Source: an uncultured Candidatus Saccharibacteria bacterium (lineage in GTDB: Bacteria > Patescibacteriota > Doudnabacteria > UBA920). Taken from it: 64,000 nucleotides of DNA. The first letter of the stretch is position 1; each line of letters starts with the position of its first letter. The stretch is taken from NCBI GenBank assembly GCA_964434195.1, contig CAYSUI010000001.1, positions 79,833-143,832 on the forward strand, given 5' to 3'. The notes under the pieces are model-generated. The model saw only the letters and a list, made by a program, of their open reading frames with translations, had not been told where the DNA came from and did no database searches. Below, piece by piece: positions 9,260 to 18,060 of this stretch. A program made the position numbers and the translations under genes.

Positions 9260-9817
9260 TTACTTTAAACCTGATTCTGTTAAAGAGTGCCTACCTCCAG
9301 TGACACTTCCTGTTTTGTCGCTTACACAGAAAGTGATCGTATATTTATCGGTAGCTGAAGAGGTATAGACATAATCGTTCCAAGTAAAACTACCATTTGC
9401 CTCGCTACAACGCGAACCTGCTGGTAGAGAACCGTCATCTGCTGGCTTTGGAGAAGGCTGAAATTGAGCCAAATAGACTGTACCAGAGGCTACAGAGGTT
9501 AGACCTATACCACCGTTTGGAGAAACTCCATTACTTGTCCCGCAAGTTGTTGCCGTACCACTATATAAAGAAAGGCTACCACTTAATACAATGGGACCGG
9601 TTTGTGGAAAACCATTACACGTATTTTGATATAACGACAAAGCACTAGCTAGTTGAGTTACATCGCTTAATCTCTTTGCATTCCTGGCTTTAGTTCTCGA
9701 ATTCGAAAGCGCAACCAATACGACAGATGCGAGCAGGCCAATAATGGCAATAACTACTAAGAGTTCTATAAGTGTAAAACCTTTTGTGGAAAAATTTTGT
9801 TTCTTTAGACCTTGCAT
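9260..9817 (-). CDS. type IV pilin-like protein (prepilin with class III signal peptide)
   Basis: N-terminus KGFTLIELLVVIAIIGLLASVV is the canonical prepilin cleavage/methylation motif (G|FTLIE). Confidence 0.85.
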   Translation of the reverse strand: MQGLKKQNFSTKGFTLIELLVVIAIIGLLASVVLVALSNSRTKARNAKRLSDVTQLASALSLYQNTCNGFPQTGPIVLSGSLSLYSGTATTCGTSNGVSPNGGIGLTSVASGTVYLAQFQPSPKPADDGSLPAGSRCSEANGSFTWNDYVYTSSATDKYTITFCVSDKTGSVTGGRHSLTESGLK

Positions 9818-9940
9818 TCCATGATTTAAGACCGTTTTGTAATTATTTTAATTATAGCATACTTGCAATAATATCTAATTTATAATAATTTATAGACCTT
9901 TGTTGGTCACCTAACCAAATAGCCTGAGGAGGTAAGCAAA

Positions 9941-10573
9941 ATGAGTATGGGTTTTACGTTGCAGCAAGAACTTACACTGAAACATACTACTCGCCTTTCT
10001 GCCAAACTTCGTGCGGAAGTTGAGCAGGTTTTGAGTTTGCGACTTGGAATGCTTGTGGATGTGTGGCGAGAATACCGCTATGAACCAAGAGCAATTTGCC
10101 CGGGCTGTAGCCACCCGCTTACATTGGCTCAGATTGAAGCGGGTTTCTCTGATAGCCCCACAAACCATGCAGTGAAGTGTCCGTTGTGCAGCAGTCCGTT
10201 TTATGCGGAGCTGGTAAGCAAAACGAAGACCGGGCACATTGTAGCTGGGCATTATTATTGCAAACAGCAGACACTGCATGAGATTCGGGAACATTACGCA
10301 AAATCCCCTTCCGACTTTGAAGCAAAGATGAAGGATATATATCTATCTGCGCTTCGGCATTTTGGGAGTTTGAAAACCGCTTTTCGCCAGCTTGGTGTAA
10401 AGTATGGTTTTGCCGAAACCCCCAAATGGAAAGAAGTTGCTAGGGAATTTGTAGGGAAATTACCGGATACGGTTATCGCCAAAGAGCTGGAAGTACCGGC
10501 GAGAATTATTCGGCGGTTCCGTAACAGCCTTGGGGTTTCAAGGTTTGTGAAAAGCGATGCGCTTGAGAGTTAA
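9941..10573 (+). CDS. hypothetical protein with Zn-ribbon (CPGC..CPLC) and C-terminal HTH-like segment; higher GC
   Basis: 210-aa ORF. Two CxxC pairs. C-terminus KLPDTVIAKELEVPARIIRRFRNSLGV resembles an HTH. GC clearly above neighbours by eye. Confidence 0.5.
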   Translation: MSMGFTLQQELTLKHTTRLSAKLRAEVEQVLSLRLGMLVDVWREYRYEPRAICPGCSHPLTLAQIEAGFSDSPTNHAVKCPLCSSPFYAELVSKTKTGHIVAGHYYCKQQTLHEIREHYAKSPSDFEAKMKDIYLSALRHFGSLKTAFRQLGVKYGFAETPKWKEVAREFVGKLPDTVIAKELEVPARIIRRFRNSLGVSRFVKSDALES

Positions 10574-10706
10574 TACTCTCTTTTTTAATATAAACTTAAT
10601 ACTCAGATGTTAAATTAAAATGAGTTTATTGTTGACATTTTTCGATTTTTTATGTATAGTAATTGATAAAATTTTTTCAATTTTTGTACAGTGTAACGGA
10701 GGTGTT

Positions 10707-11261
10707 ATGAAACCGAAAGAAATTTTGCCTTCTGGTAAGTACGGTGTAATTTTACCTGGAAGCGACTTGATCCCCAATGAGAGTGACCCAGATTTTCCCC
10801 ACATCCGAGAAGAGCTCAGGAAGAGAGGCATCATATGGTATGAACGAGCATTTGGAAGGAGTACAGTTTTCTGGTTCTTAGGTGAAGAGGCGTTAAAGTT
10901 ACCTGAGGATCCTGAAGGCGTGAATGAAGGAAATCAGTATCTGCAATATCTTCCAGTCTCTGATGACTGTGGAGGTCATGGAATTGGAAGCTTGGATGAT
11001 TTTCTGGCAGCGAACCCGGGTGAGGATCTTAAGTCTCCGAAATACGGTGAATTATTGGTGCTTGGTAAATGCTATTGTTATATGGAACTAATAGCATATG
11101 CTCCATTCAGAAATGCTGTTACTAAAACAGTTCCACTAAACGGCAACTGTGGTTTCTGTAACGCAAGCATAAGAGCTTCCTTAGTTTACGAAGAAGACAA
11201 GACCAGTCCTTATGGCTGGAAAATAACTGTGGAAAATTTCACTGCAACTCCGCGAAAATAA
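10707..11261 (+). CDS. hypothetical protein
   Basis: ORF with ATG at 10707 preceded by GGAGG. The track's 10620 start adds an unlikely hydrophobic leader. No motif recognised. Confidence 0.45.
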   Translation: MKPKEILPSGKYGVILPGSDLIPNESDPDFPHIREELRKRGIIWYERAFGRSTVFWFLGEEALKLPEDPEGVNEGNQYLQYLPVSDDCGGHGIGSLDDFLAANPGEDLKSPKYGELLVLGKCYCYMELIAYAPFRNAVTKTVPLNGNCGFCNASIRASLVYEEDKTSPYGWKITVENFTATPRK

Positions 11262-11320
11262 TTTTCGCGATTTTTTTATTTTGACCAAAATGAAAACCTC
11301 CGGGCAGGAGACTTTCTTTT

Positions 11321-11640
11321 TGCTGGGCTGAGTGGGTGTGCTATAAATCTCCCTTGGAGCCCTACCCAAGGGAAGTTTTGGCACAGGCAAAGCCAGATGC
11401 CAAAACTAGTTCGATCCCCTTTCCTACATCAACCAAAAAGAAAACCTCCGATGCAGGAGGCTTTCTTTTTGGTGGTCTGCTATATATGGGGCTAGCGTCG
11501 CCCCCTCCACCGGGCTAAGCCCTAAGTGGAGCCACCCCTTCTCGCACCCTGGGTGCTAATATTATTTAAATCCCTAACTTACTTCACCAATAATAAAACC
11601 TCCTGCACCGGAGGTTTTATTATTGGTGGGCTGAATAGGT
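11321..11640. repeat. array of three tRNA-Lys 3'-end-like core repeats (att-like scars), each with a flanking hairpin
   Basis: tgctgggctgagtgggt (11321-11337), tggtggtctgc (11470-11480) and tggtgggctgaataggt (11624-11640) resemble the last 17 nt of tRNA-Lys (tggtgggttcggtgggg). Each is preceded by an aaaacctcc...ggagg hairpin. The same module is seen at 16275-16422. Confidence 0.5.
11588..11630. repeat. 43-nt direct repeat, left copy; identical to 16387-16429
   Basis: caataataaaacctcctgcaccggaggttttattattggtggg occurs identically 4799 bp downstream abutting tRNA-Lys. Contains a perfect hairpin aaaacctcc-tgcacc-ggaggtttt. Confidence 0.8.
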
Positions 11641-11786
11641 CATTACTCGAATACGTACGCAATGCGACGGAAAAACTAACAAAAACTCAAAGGTTTGCTT
11701 GGGAAAATTGCTATACGCAATTAATTACAGCGAGGTTAATAAAAGACACGATTCCGGTTGCTGTATAAGTGTTGAGTTCAAACTTT

Positions 11787-13247
11787 TTATAAAATATTAG
11801 ACGACATGGGTGCTGGTGCTGTAAACGGCTGCTTCCTCGGTAATGCGAGGCAAAATACTGTGGAAATCAAGATTATGAATAATGATGCCCCAACGGTCCA
11901 TAATGTGCTATTAGCTATGTTACCGTAAATGAATAATGGTATACCAATTAAGAAAGATACTAATACACCCCAAAACACGCCCTTTTCACTTAACTTATCC
12001 CAATACAAGCTTAAAACTGTTGGTACAACCACACATGCGGCTATGGTGTTGAATACCCACCATAGCTGTTTCAGTCCAAAATTAGGGATATAAACGGCTG
12101 CGAGAGCAACTAGTAGACCTAAGATAGTTACACCAAACATAGAATAGCGCGCTGCGCGAATAGCTCCTTTATCGTCTTTAGATTTAACCACATCTGTTAC
12201 CCAGAGAGAGCCAATAGCAGATAGTCCTGCGTCTAAAGCAGACGTTAGACCGGCTAATAGCATAACCACGAACAGCGATACCGCCCAAAGTGGCAAAAGC
12301 GTTGCAACAACCTGCACTCCCACCATTGAAGCGTCAATTCCAGTTGGCAGACTTATATGTAGGTTAGGGTTGGCCGCTAAAAATCCTAGGGTCGACAAAC
12401 CTATCGGCACAAGACCAAAAAGAATTGAGCCAAAGATAAATGCTTTTACTACTTTACCCTCTTTAATAGCAAACGCACGTTGCCAGTTAGACTGGTCGGA
12501 AATTGAGCCGGCCAGTAAACCAATGGAAGTAACTATGCCAAAAGAAAATGCCACACCGGGGTCAAATATGTTGCCAATGTTTTGTATACCGTGAAAACCA
12601 GCGCTAATGGCGCTAAAGCCGCCCGCCGCACTCCAAGCCAAGGGTAAAATAATAATACCTATAAGATAAATTAACCCTAACTGCACAAAGTCCGTAATTA
12701 TAGAGGCTTGAAATCCTGAAATTAAAGTATAAATTAATACGATACCGGCTAAAATTGGCATTATGGTCGTAAGGGGTATGCCAGTAAGTAAAGAAAGTAA
12801 ACTACCGCCAGCAAACAGCTGAACGACTACTGCCATTAGTTGATAGAAGAGATAGGGAAACAAAAATACTTTGTGCACTCGGTCGCTTTCGAGTCGATAT
12901 TTAATATATTGGGTAAATGTATACCCTTGTGGCAGTCGCGCGCGTATTCGGGGAGCAAAAATAGCGAAAATCAGCAAAGCTAAAATATTTGGTAATGTAA
13001 ACCAAAAGATGCCGGCCAAGCCCTGCTGGTATGCGACCTGCACAGAAACAAATAACGCCGGTGCCCATATCCAAGAAGAGGCAATGCTAAAACCTCCTAA
13101 GACCCATCCCACTTTTCTATTAGCTAGTAAAAAACCTTCTTTTGTTTGCCAGTTTTGTCTTTTTGAAAAATAGTAAGTGAACCAAGTAATAATTATGGCA
13201 AAGAACGTTAGAAACCAATAGCCGGTTGCTTGTGATACAAAGCCCAT
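11787..13247 (-). CDS. sodium:solute symporter family transporter
   Basis: 486-aa polytopic membrane protein with about 13 TM helices. N-terminal region is typical of the SSS family. Higher GC than the flanking core genes. Confidence 0.6.
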   Translation of the reverse strand: MGFVSQATGYWFLTFFAIIITWFTYYFSKRQNWQTKEGFLLANRKVGWVLGGFSIASSWIWAPALFVSVQVAYQQGLAGIFWFTLPNILALLIFAIFAPRIRARLPQGYTFTQYIKYRLESDRVHKVFLFPYLFYQLMAVVVQLFAGGSLLSLLTGIPLTTIMPILAGIVLIYTLISGFQASIITDFVQLGLIYLIGIIILPLAWSAAGGFSAISAGFHGIQNIGNIFDPGVAFSFGIVTSIGLLAGSISDQSNWQRAFAIKEGKVVKAFIFGSILFGLVPIGLSTLGFLAANPNLHISLPTGIDASMVGVQVVATLLPLWAVSLFVVMLLAGLTSALDAGLSAIGSLWVTDVVKSKDDKGAIRAARYSMFGVTILGLLVALAAVYIPNFGLKQLWWVFNTIAACVVVPTVLSLYWDKLSEKGVFWGVLVSFLIGIPLFIYGNIANSTLWTVGASLFIILISTVFCLALPRKQPFTAPAPMSSNIL

Positions 13248-13336
13248 ATAAATAATTTAAGGTTGATTTATTAAGGCTTATTCTATATACTATTGAGTGA
13301 GTGGCAAATACCACCACTTTTATATAATTTTATGCT

Positions 13337-14086
13337 ATGTACAGAGAAATACTTGAAGAATTAGGACTATCCCCTAACGAAGCCAAAATATACGAGGGTC
13401 TGCTTGATATTGGTATGGCCAGTGTCCCGGAAATCTCATTAAAAATTGGAGTACACAAACGGAATGTGTACGATATTATTCCCAAACTTTTAAAAAAGGG
13501 GTTAATTTACCAAATCGCAGATACGAAAGAAAATAAGTATGCACCATTAGAACCGGCTAAGTTATCGGATTTAATTTGGGAGAAGGAAGCAAAGTTAAAA
13601 AGTATTTTACCCGCACTAAAAAGACAATTTAAAAAAACCGCAACCGGTGAGGCGGTTTATATTTATAAAGGCGTAGAGGGTTTTAAGAACTACTTGAGGG
13701 ACATTTTGGAAGTCGGTGAAGATGTTTATTTCATAGGAGCGAAGGGCGGTTGGTTTGATAAGGATTTACAGACTTTTATAAAAAAGTTCTTAAGGCAAGC
13801 AAAAGAAAAGAAAATTAAGTATTATCATATATTCGATGCGGAAGTTAAGAACCTCGCGCCAGATTTACCAACAGCACTTGGTAAGCCGTATAGGTTTTTG
13901 CCGCCCGGGTATTCAACGACTGGCGCTATAGATATTTTTGGCGACCATATTGTTACTTTTTCTGGACTTACTCTGAAAAATATTACCGATGACATTACAT
14001 TGGTCGTTATTATAAATAAAGAGCTTGCAGATTGTTACCGCACTTGGTTTCGCTTTATGTGGGACCATTGCAAAGTGGAAAAATAA
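13337..14086 (+). CDS. TrmB-family transcriptional regulator
   Basis: N-terminal winged HTH (LGLSPNEAKIYEGLLDIGMASVPEISLKIGVHKRNVYDIIPKLLKKGLI) typical of TrmB sugar-responsive regulators, plus a C-terminal effector-like domain. Confidence 0.65.
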   Translation: MYREILEELGLSPNEAKIYEGLLDIGMASVPEISLKIGVHKRNVYDIIPKLLKKGLIYQIADTKENKYAPLEPAKLSDLIWEKEAKLKSILPALKRQFKKTATGEAVYIYKGVEGFKNYLRDILEVGEDVYFIGAKGGWFDKDLQTFIKKFLRQAKEKKIKYYHIFDAEVKNLAPDLPTALGKPYRFLPPGYSTTGAIDIFGDHIVTFSGLTLKNITDDITLVVIINKELADCYRTWFRFMWDHCKVEK

Positions 14087-14087
14087 G

Positions 14088-14876
14088 CTAGACCCTTGAA
14101 GGTCGAAGTTTTTGTACAGGTTTTTTCTTGGACGACCCGATACTTTTTTTGGGTTTCTTGGGAGTAACTAAGCTTTTTTGGCAATCAAATGACTGCACCC
14201 AAACATTTGGAATCCTTTGAAAAGTTTCTTTTATTAGGGCAATATTTTCTGCTTCGTTGTTATTTATGACAAGCAAAATACCATGTGTTGCGTAGTAACC
14301 TTTCATGTACCTTTCCATGCTGGAGTATGAGGGCGAAGCAGTAAGGACTAGACCTTTCAGGTCGGAATTGGAAGTTAACTTAACTTCAACGATTACCGGA
14401 CCGACGAAACCGTACCTTACAAAAAAATCAGTCTTTTTTCCGTCTAGTAACTCTGGCTCACGCATAACCTCAACCTGGAAACCACGCTTAAGTAAAATAT
14501 TCTCTGCTTGTGCTTTTAGTGTTTTTTGAACTAATTTTTCATACTCTTGCCGTTTCGCTGCATACACTTTTTCTCCCAGAATCAGGTCATAAGCACCTTC
14601 TCCTTCAATCCACCGCCTTAGGTCTGTCTCTAAAGCATCCTGCAAATGACGGAACAAGTCGTCAGAGGTAACAATCTTTTTATCGTCGTACTCCCGTGCA
14701 TTATTGTATCTTTTTACCGCTTCGGATATATTTCGAGGCTTCCCAAGATACGCTAAATAAGAACGACGCAGGTTTACCATACGCCCCGCGAGCCAATTTG
14801 CACCTTGTCGGTCTTTCATCTCGGCTATCTTAGCTTCTAATAAGCCCAAGGGCGTATATGAGCGTTTTTCCTTCAA
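14088..14876 (-). CDS. hypothetical protein occupying the position of the missing recombinase catalytic domain
   Basis: 262-aa ORF with a basic K-rich C-terminal tail. A possible PD-(D/E)xK-like segment (DFFVRYGFVGPVIVEVK) is speculative. Confidence 0.4.
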   Translation of the reverse strand: MKEKRSYTPLGLLEAKIAEMKDRQGANWLAGRMVNLRRSYLAYLGKPRNISEAVKRYNNAREYDDKKIVTSDDLFRHLQDALETDLRRWIEGEGAYDLILGEKVYAAKRQEYEKLVQKTLKAQAENILLKRGFQVEVMREPELLDGKKTDFFVRYGFVGPVIVEVKLTSNSDLKGLVLTASPSYSSMERYMKGYYATHGILLVINNNEAENIALIKETFQRIPNVWVQSFDCQKSLVTPKKPKKSIGSSKKKPVQKLRPSRV

Positions 14877-16285
14877 GTTATCGAAATATGAATAAACAAT
14901 CTCCCAAAGGTAGGAAGCGTATGCTTGAGGGCGTTCTTTCGAGCGTTGCAGAGTTTTTCTCTTTGCAAAGTGGAGAAAAAGTAAAAACAGGCATGAAGCA
15001 AAAACTTAAAGAAGGCCTTTGGCCGACTGGAGCATCGTACGGATACAAGAACGTGCGAGAAAAATTATCTACTGGTAAAGTGCGTTCTTGGGTGGAAATA
15101 AATTGGGAAGAAGCTAAATGGGTAATTCGAGCTTTTGAATTATTCGCTACGGGTAATTATTCCACCATATCTCTCGCCCAAATACTTCGCCAGGAAGGGT
15201 TTCCAGTAAGAAAATATAAGAGAGGGAATGACAAATTACATGCAAGCTTTATCGAAAGGCTTTTACGCAATAAGTTTTTTATAGGCATTATCGAATGGGA
15301 CGGCCTTGTTAATCCCAATGGTAAACATGAGCTCTTTTTAGACCGTCAACTTTTCGACAAAGTACAAAGTATCTTAGATATGCGTCTAGGTGGAGGTAGC
15401 AGAAAGCGTAAGCATTTTTCTATACTTAAAGGCCCTGCTTTCTGCCAAGAGTGCAATAGCAGGATTACAATGGATGTTAAAGAAACTACTACTCAAACTA
15501 TACGATACCTTCGTTGTTTGAAGTCACAAAATAGCGAGCGTGTTCAGTGCTCCCAGGAGTACCCCCATGAACTAGAGATTCTAAAGCAAGTAGACGAATT
15601 ACTTAGGCAAATAAAACTCAAAGATACCTTTGTTATAAAATTACGGAAACGTATTAGAAAAACGTTTGCCGATGAGCAGCAGGTTTATGAAAGAGCGCGA
15701 ATGGATATTTTGAATATAACAGAAGAAATAAAACGCAAGAAAAAGAATCTTGTTCTACAAATGATAAGCAAGGACAACGCTTCAACAGAAGACTTGGACA
15801 TATTTGCGAGCGTCCAAGACGAGCTTAATGTTGAAGAGAAGTACCTTAATGAACAACTGGAGAAAATTGAAAATAAAATTACCAGCGTGGTTAGAACGAT
15901 TCAGATTGCATTAGCTATCGCCACAGACTGCCATTATGCGTACAAAAAGGCTGAACCAGAATTGAAGGCTATGCTTATACAGACATTATTCAAAAAGATT
16001 TATATTCGGGACAAACAAATAACCCAAGTAGTTCTAAATGAACCCTTGGATTATTTGTGTCTAAAGAGGTTACAGAAAAACCCCGTATTCGATTTAACTT
16101 CAAATGGTGGGTCGAGTGGGGATCGAACCCACGACAAACGGCTTAAAAGGCCGCTGGCGCTATATACCTGGGATCCGGTAAACCGGCCCCAGGACGTGAA
16201 CAACGGCAAAGCCGCTGTTCACTCCCTAAAGGGGTATTCGCAGCGGCTTAAAATTTGTATCCAAAATTTTTACTTGGTGGGCTGA
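14858..16285 (+). pseudogene. large serine recombinase lacking the N-terminal catalytic (resolvase) domain
   Basis: Begins inside the alphaE region (VAEFFSLQSGEKVKTGMKQ) followed by the recombinase-domain motif GLWPTGASYGYKN, a Cys zinc ribbon (CQEC...C...C) and a coiled-coil. No catalytic Ser domain upstream. The 3' end reads through a tRNA-Lys fragment, so the true stop is unclear. Confidence 0.55.
16106..16156. repeat. 51-nt partial copy of the tRNA-Lys 3' half (att-like direct repeat)
   Basis: tggtgggtcgagtggggatcgaacccacgacaaacggcttaaaaggccgctg matches the 3' 51 nt of the tRNA-Lys gene at 16423-16473 with about 3 mismatches. Lies 267 bp distal to the intact tRNA. Confidence 0.75.
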
Positions 16286-16386
16286 GTGGGTTTACTATAT
16301 ATCGCCCCGAAGTGGATTCGGGGCAGAACCCAGAACCGGGAAACCCGGATTCTGGGTTCTTGTTCGATCCCTTAACTAATATCAAC
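16275..16386. repeat. att-like module: tRNA-Lys 3'-core copy, ctatatat, nested hairpins and a gttcgatccc motif
   Basis: tggtgggctgagtgggt at 16275-16291. Nested hairpin gaacccagaa-ccggg-aaa-cccgg-a-ttctgggttc. Same module architecture as 11321-11478. Confidence 0.5.
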
Positions 16387-16429
16387 CAATAATAAAACCT
16401 CCTGCACCGGAGGTTTTATTATTGGTGGG
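16387..16429. repeat. 43-nt direct repeat, right copy; overlaps the 3' end of tRNA-Lys
   Basis: Identical to 11588-11630. Its last 7 nt (tggtggg) are the CCA and acceptor end of tRNA-Lys on the minus strand. Confidence 0.8.
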
Positions 16430-16498
16430 TTCGGTGGGGATCGAACCCACGACAAACGGCTTAAAAGGCCGCTGCTCTACCGACTGAGCTACGAACCC
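16423..16498 (-). tRNA. tRNA-Lys (anticodon TTT), CCA encoded
   Basis: The reverse complement of 16423-16498 folds as a cloverleaf. Acceptor GGGTTCG/CGAACCC, anticodon stem GCGGC/GCCGT, anticodon loop CTTTTAA, T-loop TTCGATC, 3' ACCA. Confidence 0.9.
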
Positions 16499-16760
16499 TC
16501 GTCATACTTGTTTCCGGGTTGCGCGAGCCGTCTGCTATCGCAGACAACTCACTCCACCCTACACCAAGTACTCCTCTTCCCCAAATACCTTATTGCTATG
16601 GTTTTAAAAAGACTCTTCGAATCTTTTTAAAACATTAAGGTAATCAAGCTATTTGGGGGACCCCCGTATGGGGAAAGGGATATTTGAAACGATCTTTCAT
16701 AGTTTACTGAAAAGTGGAGAAAAATTCAAGGGAATAAAAAATACGCTATTTTAGCGTAGG

Positions 16761-17159
16761 TTATTTGTTTAGAGTCAGTCCGGTGGGGTTTGGGACATAG
16801 TACAGGGTGTAGACCCACCAGTGTTCTTTGTCGTGGAGGAGGTCTACGTTTATGTATGTACCACCGCCCAACTGATGGACTATCTTGTACCCATAAAGCG
16901 TGAAGTCGCCCTTTACCTTGTCTGTCTGTGGGACGCTTAGGTGGGCCATATACGTCTTAGGCAGGGATACGTAGGCGCTCATTGGGTAAATGCGGCTACT
17001 TTTCACGTCGGGGGTTTCTTTCTCGAATACCCTTACTAACTGCCAGACTTCGGGCGCTTCCGAGAGAATGGCTTTGTATAGAGCCATTTGAAAAGCTCCA
17101 CCGAGAAAACGAAGACCCATAAGTGTTGGAATGTTCAGTTGTTCCCAAGGTTTGATCAT
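16761..17159 (-). CDS. hypothetical protein; higher GC
   Basis: 132-aa ORF whose start overlaps the stop of the upstream lipoprotein gene by 4 nt (ATGA), so likely an operon. No motif recognised. Confidence 0.45.
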   Translation of the reverse strand: MIKPWEQLNIPTLMGLRFLGGAFQMALYKAILSEAPEVWQLVRVFEKETPDVKSSRIYPMSAYVSLPKTYMAHLSVPQTDKVKGDFTLYGYKIVHQLGGGTYINVDLLHDKEHWWVYTLYYVPNPTGLTLNK

Positions 17160-17881
17160 TTTGCCTCACTTACTGCTAATAGTAGTGGTTCGAGTTGGGG
17201 TTTTACTTCGTCCCAACTGTAGATGAGGCTTTTGTGGATGCGGATTTGGCCCTTGTGACCACCGTCTTCGAAGCCGTCGTAGGAATCAATTCCTGGTATG
17301 GCCAATACCTTATCCCAGTCCGGCTTAGCGGTGTTGGGAATATAGACGGTGTCTATTCGGCACTGAAACTGCGAGCCTTTCCAAGCATCGCAGTCGTTTG
17401 AGCTTGTGAGATTGTTGATGCCATGGGTCAGGCTTACCGGTTTGCCTAGCGTGCATTCGACGAATTTCTTGATTTCCGAAATTTCGGAATCAATTTTTTC
17501 TTTGTTAAGCACGTCGTCGTAATAGTCTACGAATAGACGATGTTTATACATATGCACCGAGGACACACCGGGACGCTTTGCGAGTTCGTCTGCCAAGTAC
17601 GAGGGTCCGGGAATGTAGACTTCGCTGTTTTGGAATGCTCCCGACACGCCCATGATATTGTTATGAAACTGTGTAGGCAAGGTGTCTCGGGTTTCTACCC
17701 AAAATCCACAGTACTTACGAGTATGGGCGTCTACAAAAGTACTCCACGCGACACTACCGAACGAAATAGTGCCCGGGCTTTGTTTTTGTTTGGTACATGA
17801 AGGTAGCCCCACAAATACCACACAAAGCACGACCACAAACTGAATTACCAGGTTTCTGGTTTTTTTCATTTCTTCCTCCAA
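17156..17881 (-). CDS. putative lipoprotein (hypothetical); higher GC
   Basis: N-terminal signal peptide with lipobox-like LPSC. 241 aa. GC about 50% by eye versus about 38% for core genes. Confidence 0.5.
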   Translation of the reverse strand: MEEEMKKTRNLVIQFVVVLCVVFVGLPSCTKQKQSPGTISFGSVAWSTFVDAHTRKYCGFWVETRDTLPTQFHNNIMGVSGAFQNSEVYIPGPSYLADELAKRPGVSSVHMYKHRLFVDYYDDVLNKEKIDSEISEIKKFVECTLGKPVSLTHGINNLTSSNDCDAWKGSQFQCRIDTVYIPNTAKPDWDKVLAIPGIDSYDGFEDGGHKGQIRIHKSLIYSWDEVKPQLEPLLLAVSEAK

Positions 17882-18060
17882 AGTAAGTTTGTTGTTTCTG
17901 CGAGGTAATTTATTTTTATATCATAGACCGGCCTAATTAGCAATACTAAAACCCTTATTTTCTTGACGGATTTTACTGGTGCGGTAAACTAAAGAGCTAA
18001 ATATTAATCAGGGAACTTTATGCGAGAGGGACGCAGACAGACACCCAAACAAATTTCTCG

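Noticed and set aside
11280-11640. CRISPR array
   Set aside because: The repeated units are not identical. They are separated by structured, non-spacer-like sequence of variable length, and each contains a tRNA-3'-end-like core. There are no cas genes. This is interpreted as att-like scars or miniature repeat modules.
14088-14876. PD-(D/E)xK nuclease assignment for the 262-aa ORF
   Set aside because: Only a loose D..E.K pattern (DFFVRYGFVGPVIVEVK) is present, with no supporting conserved core. This is left as hypothetical.
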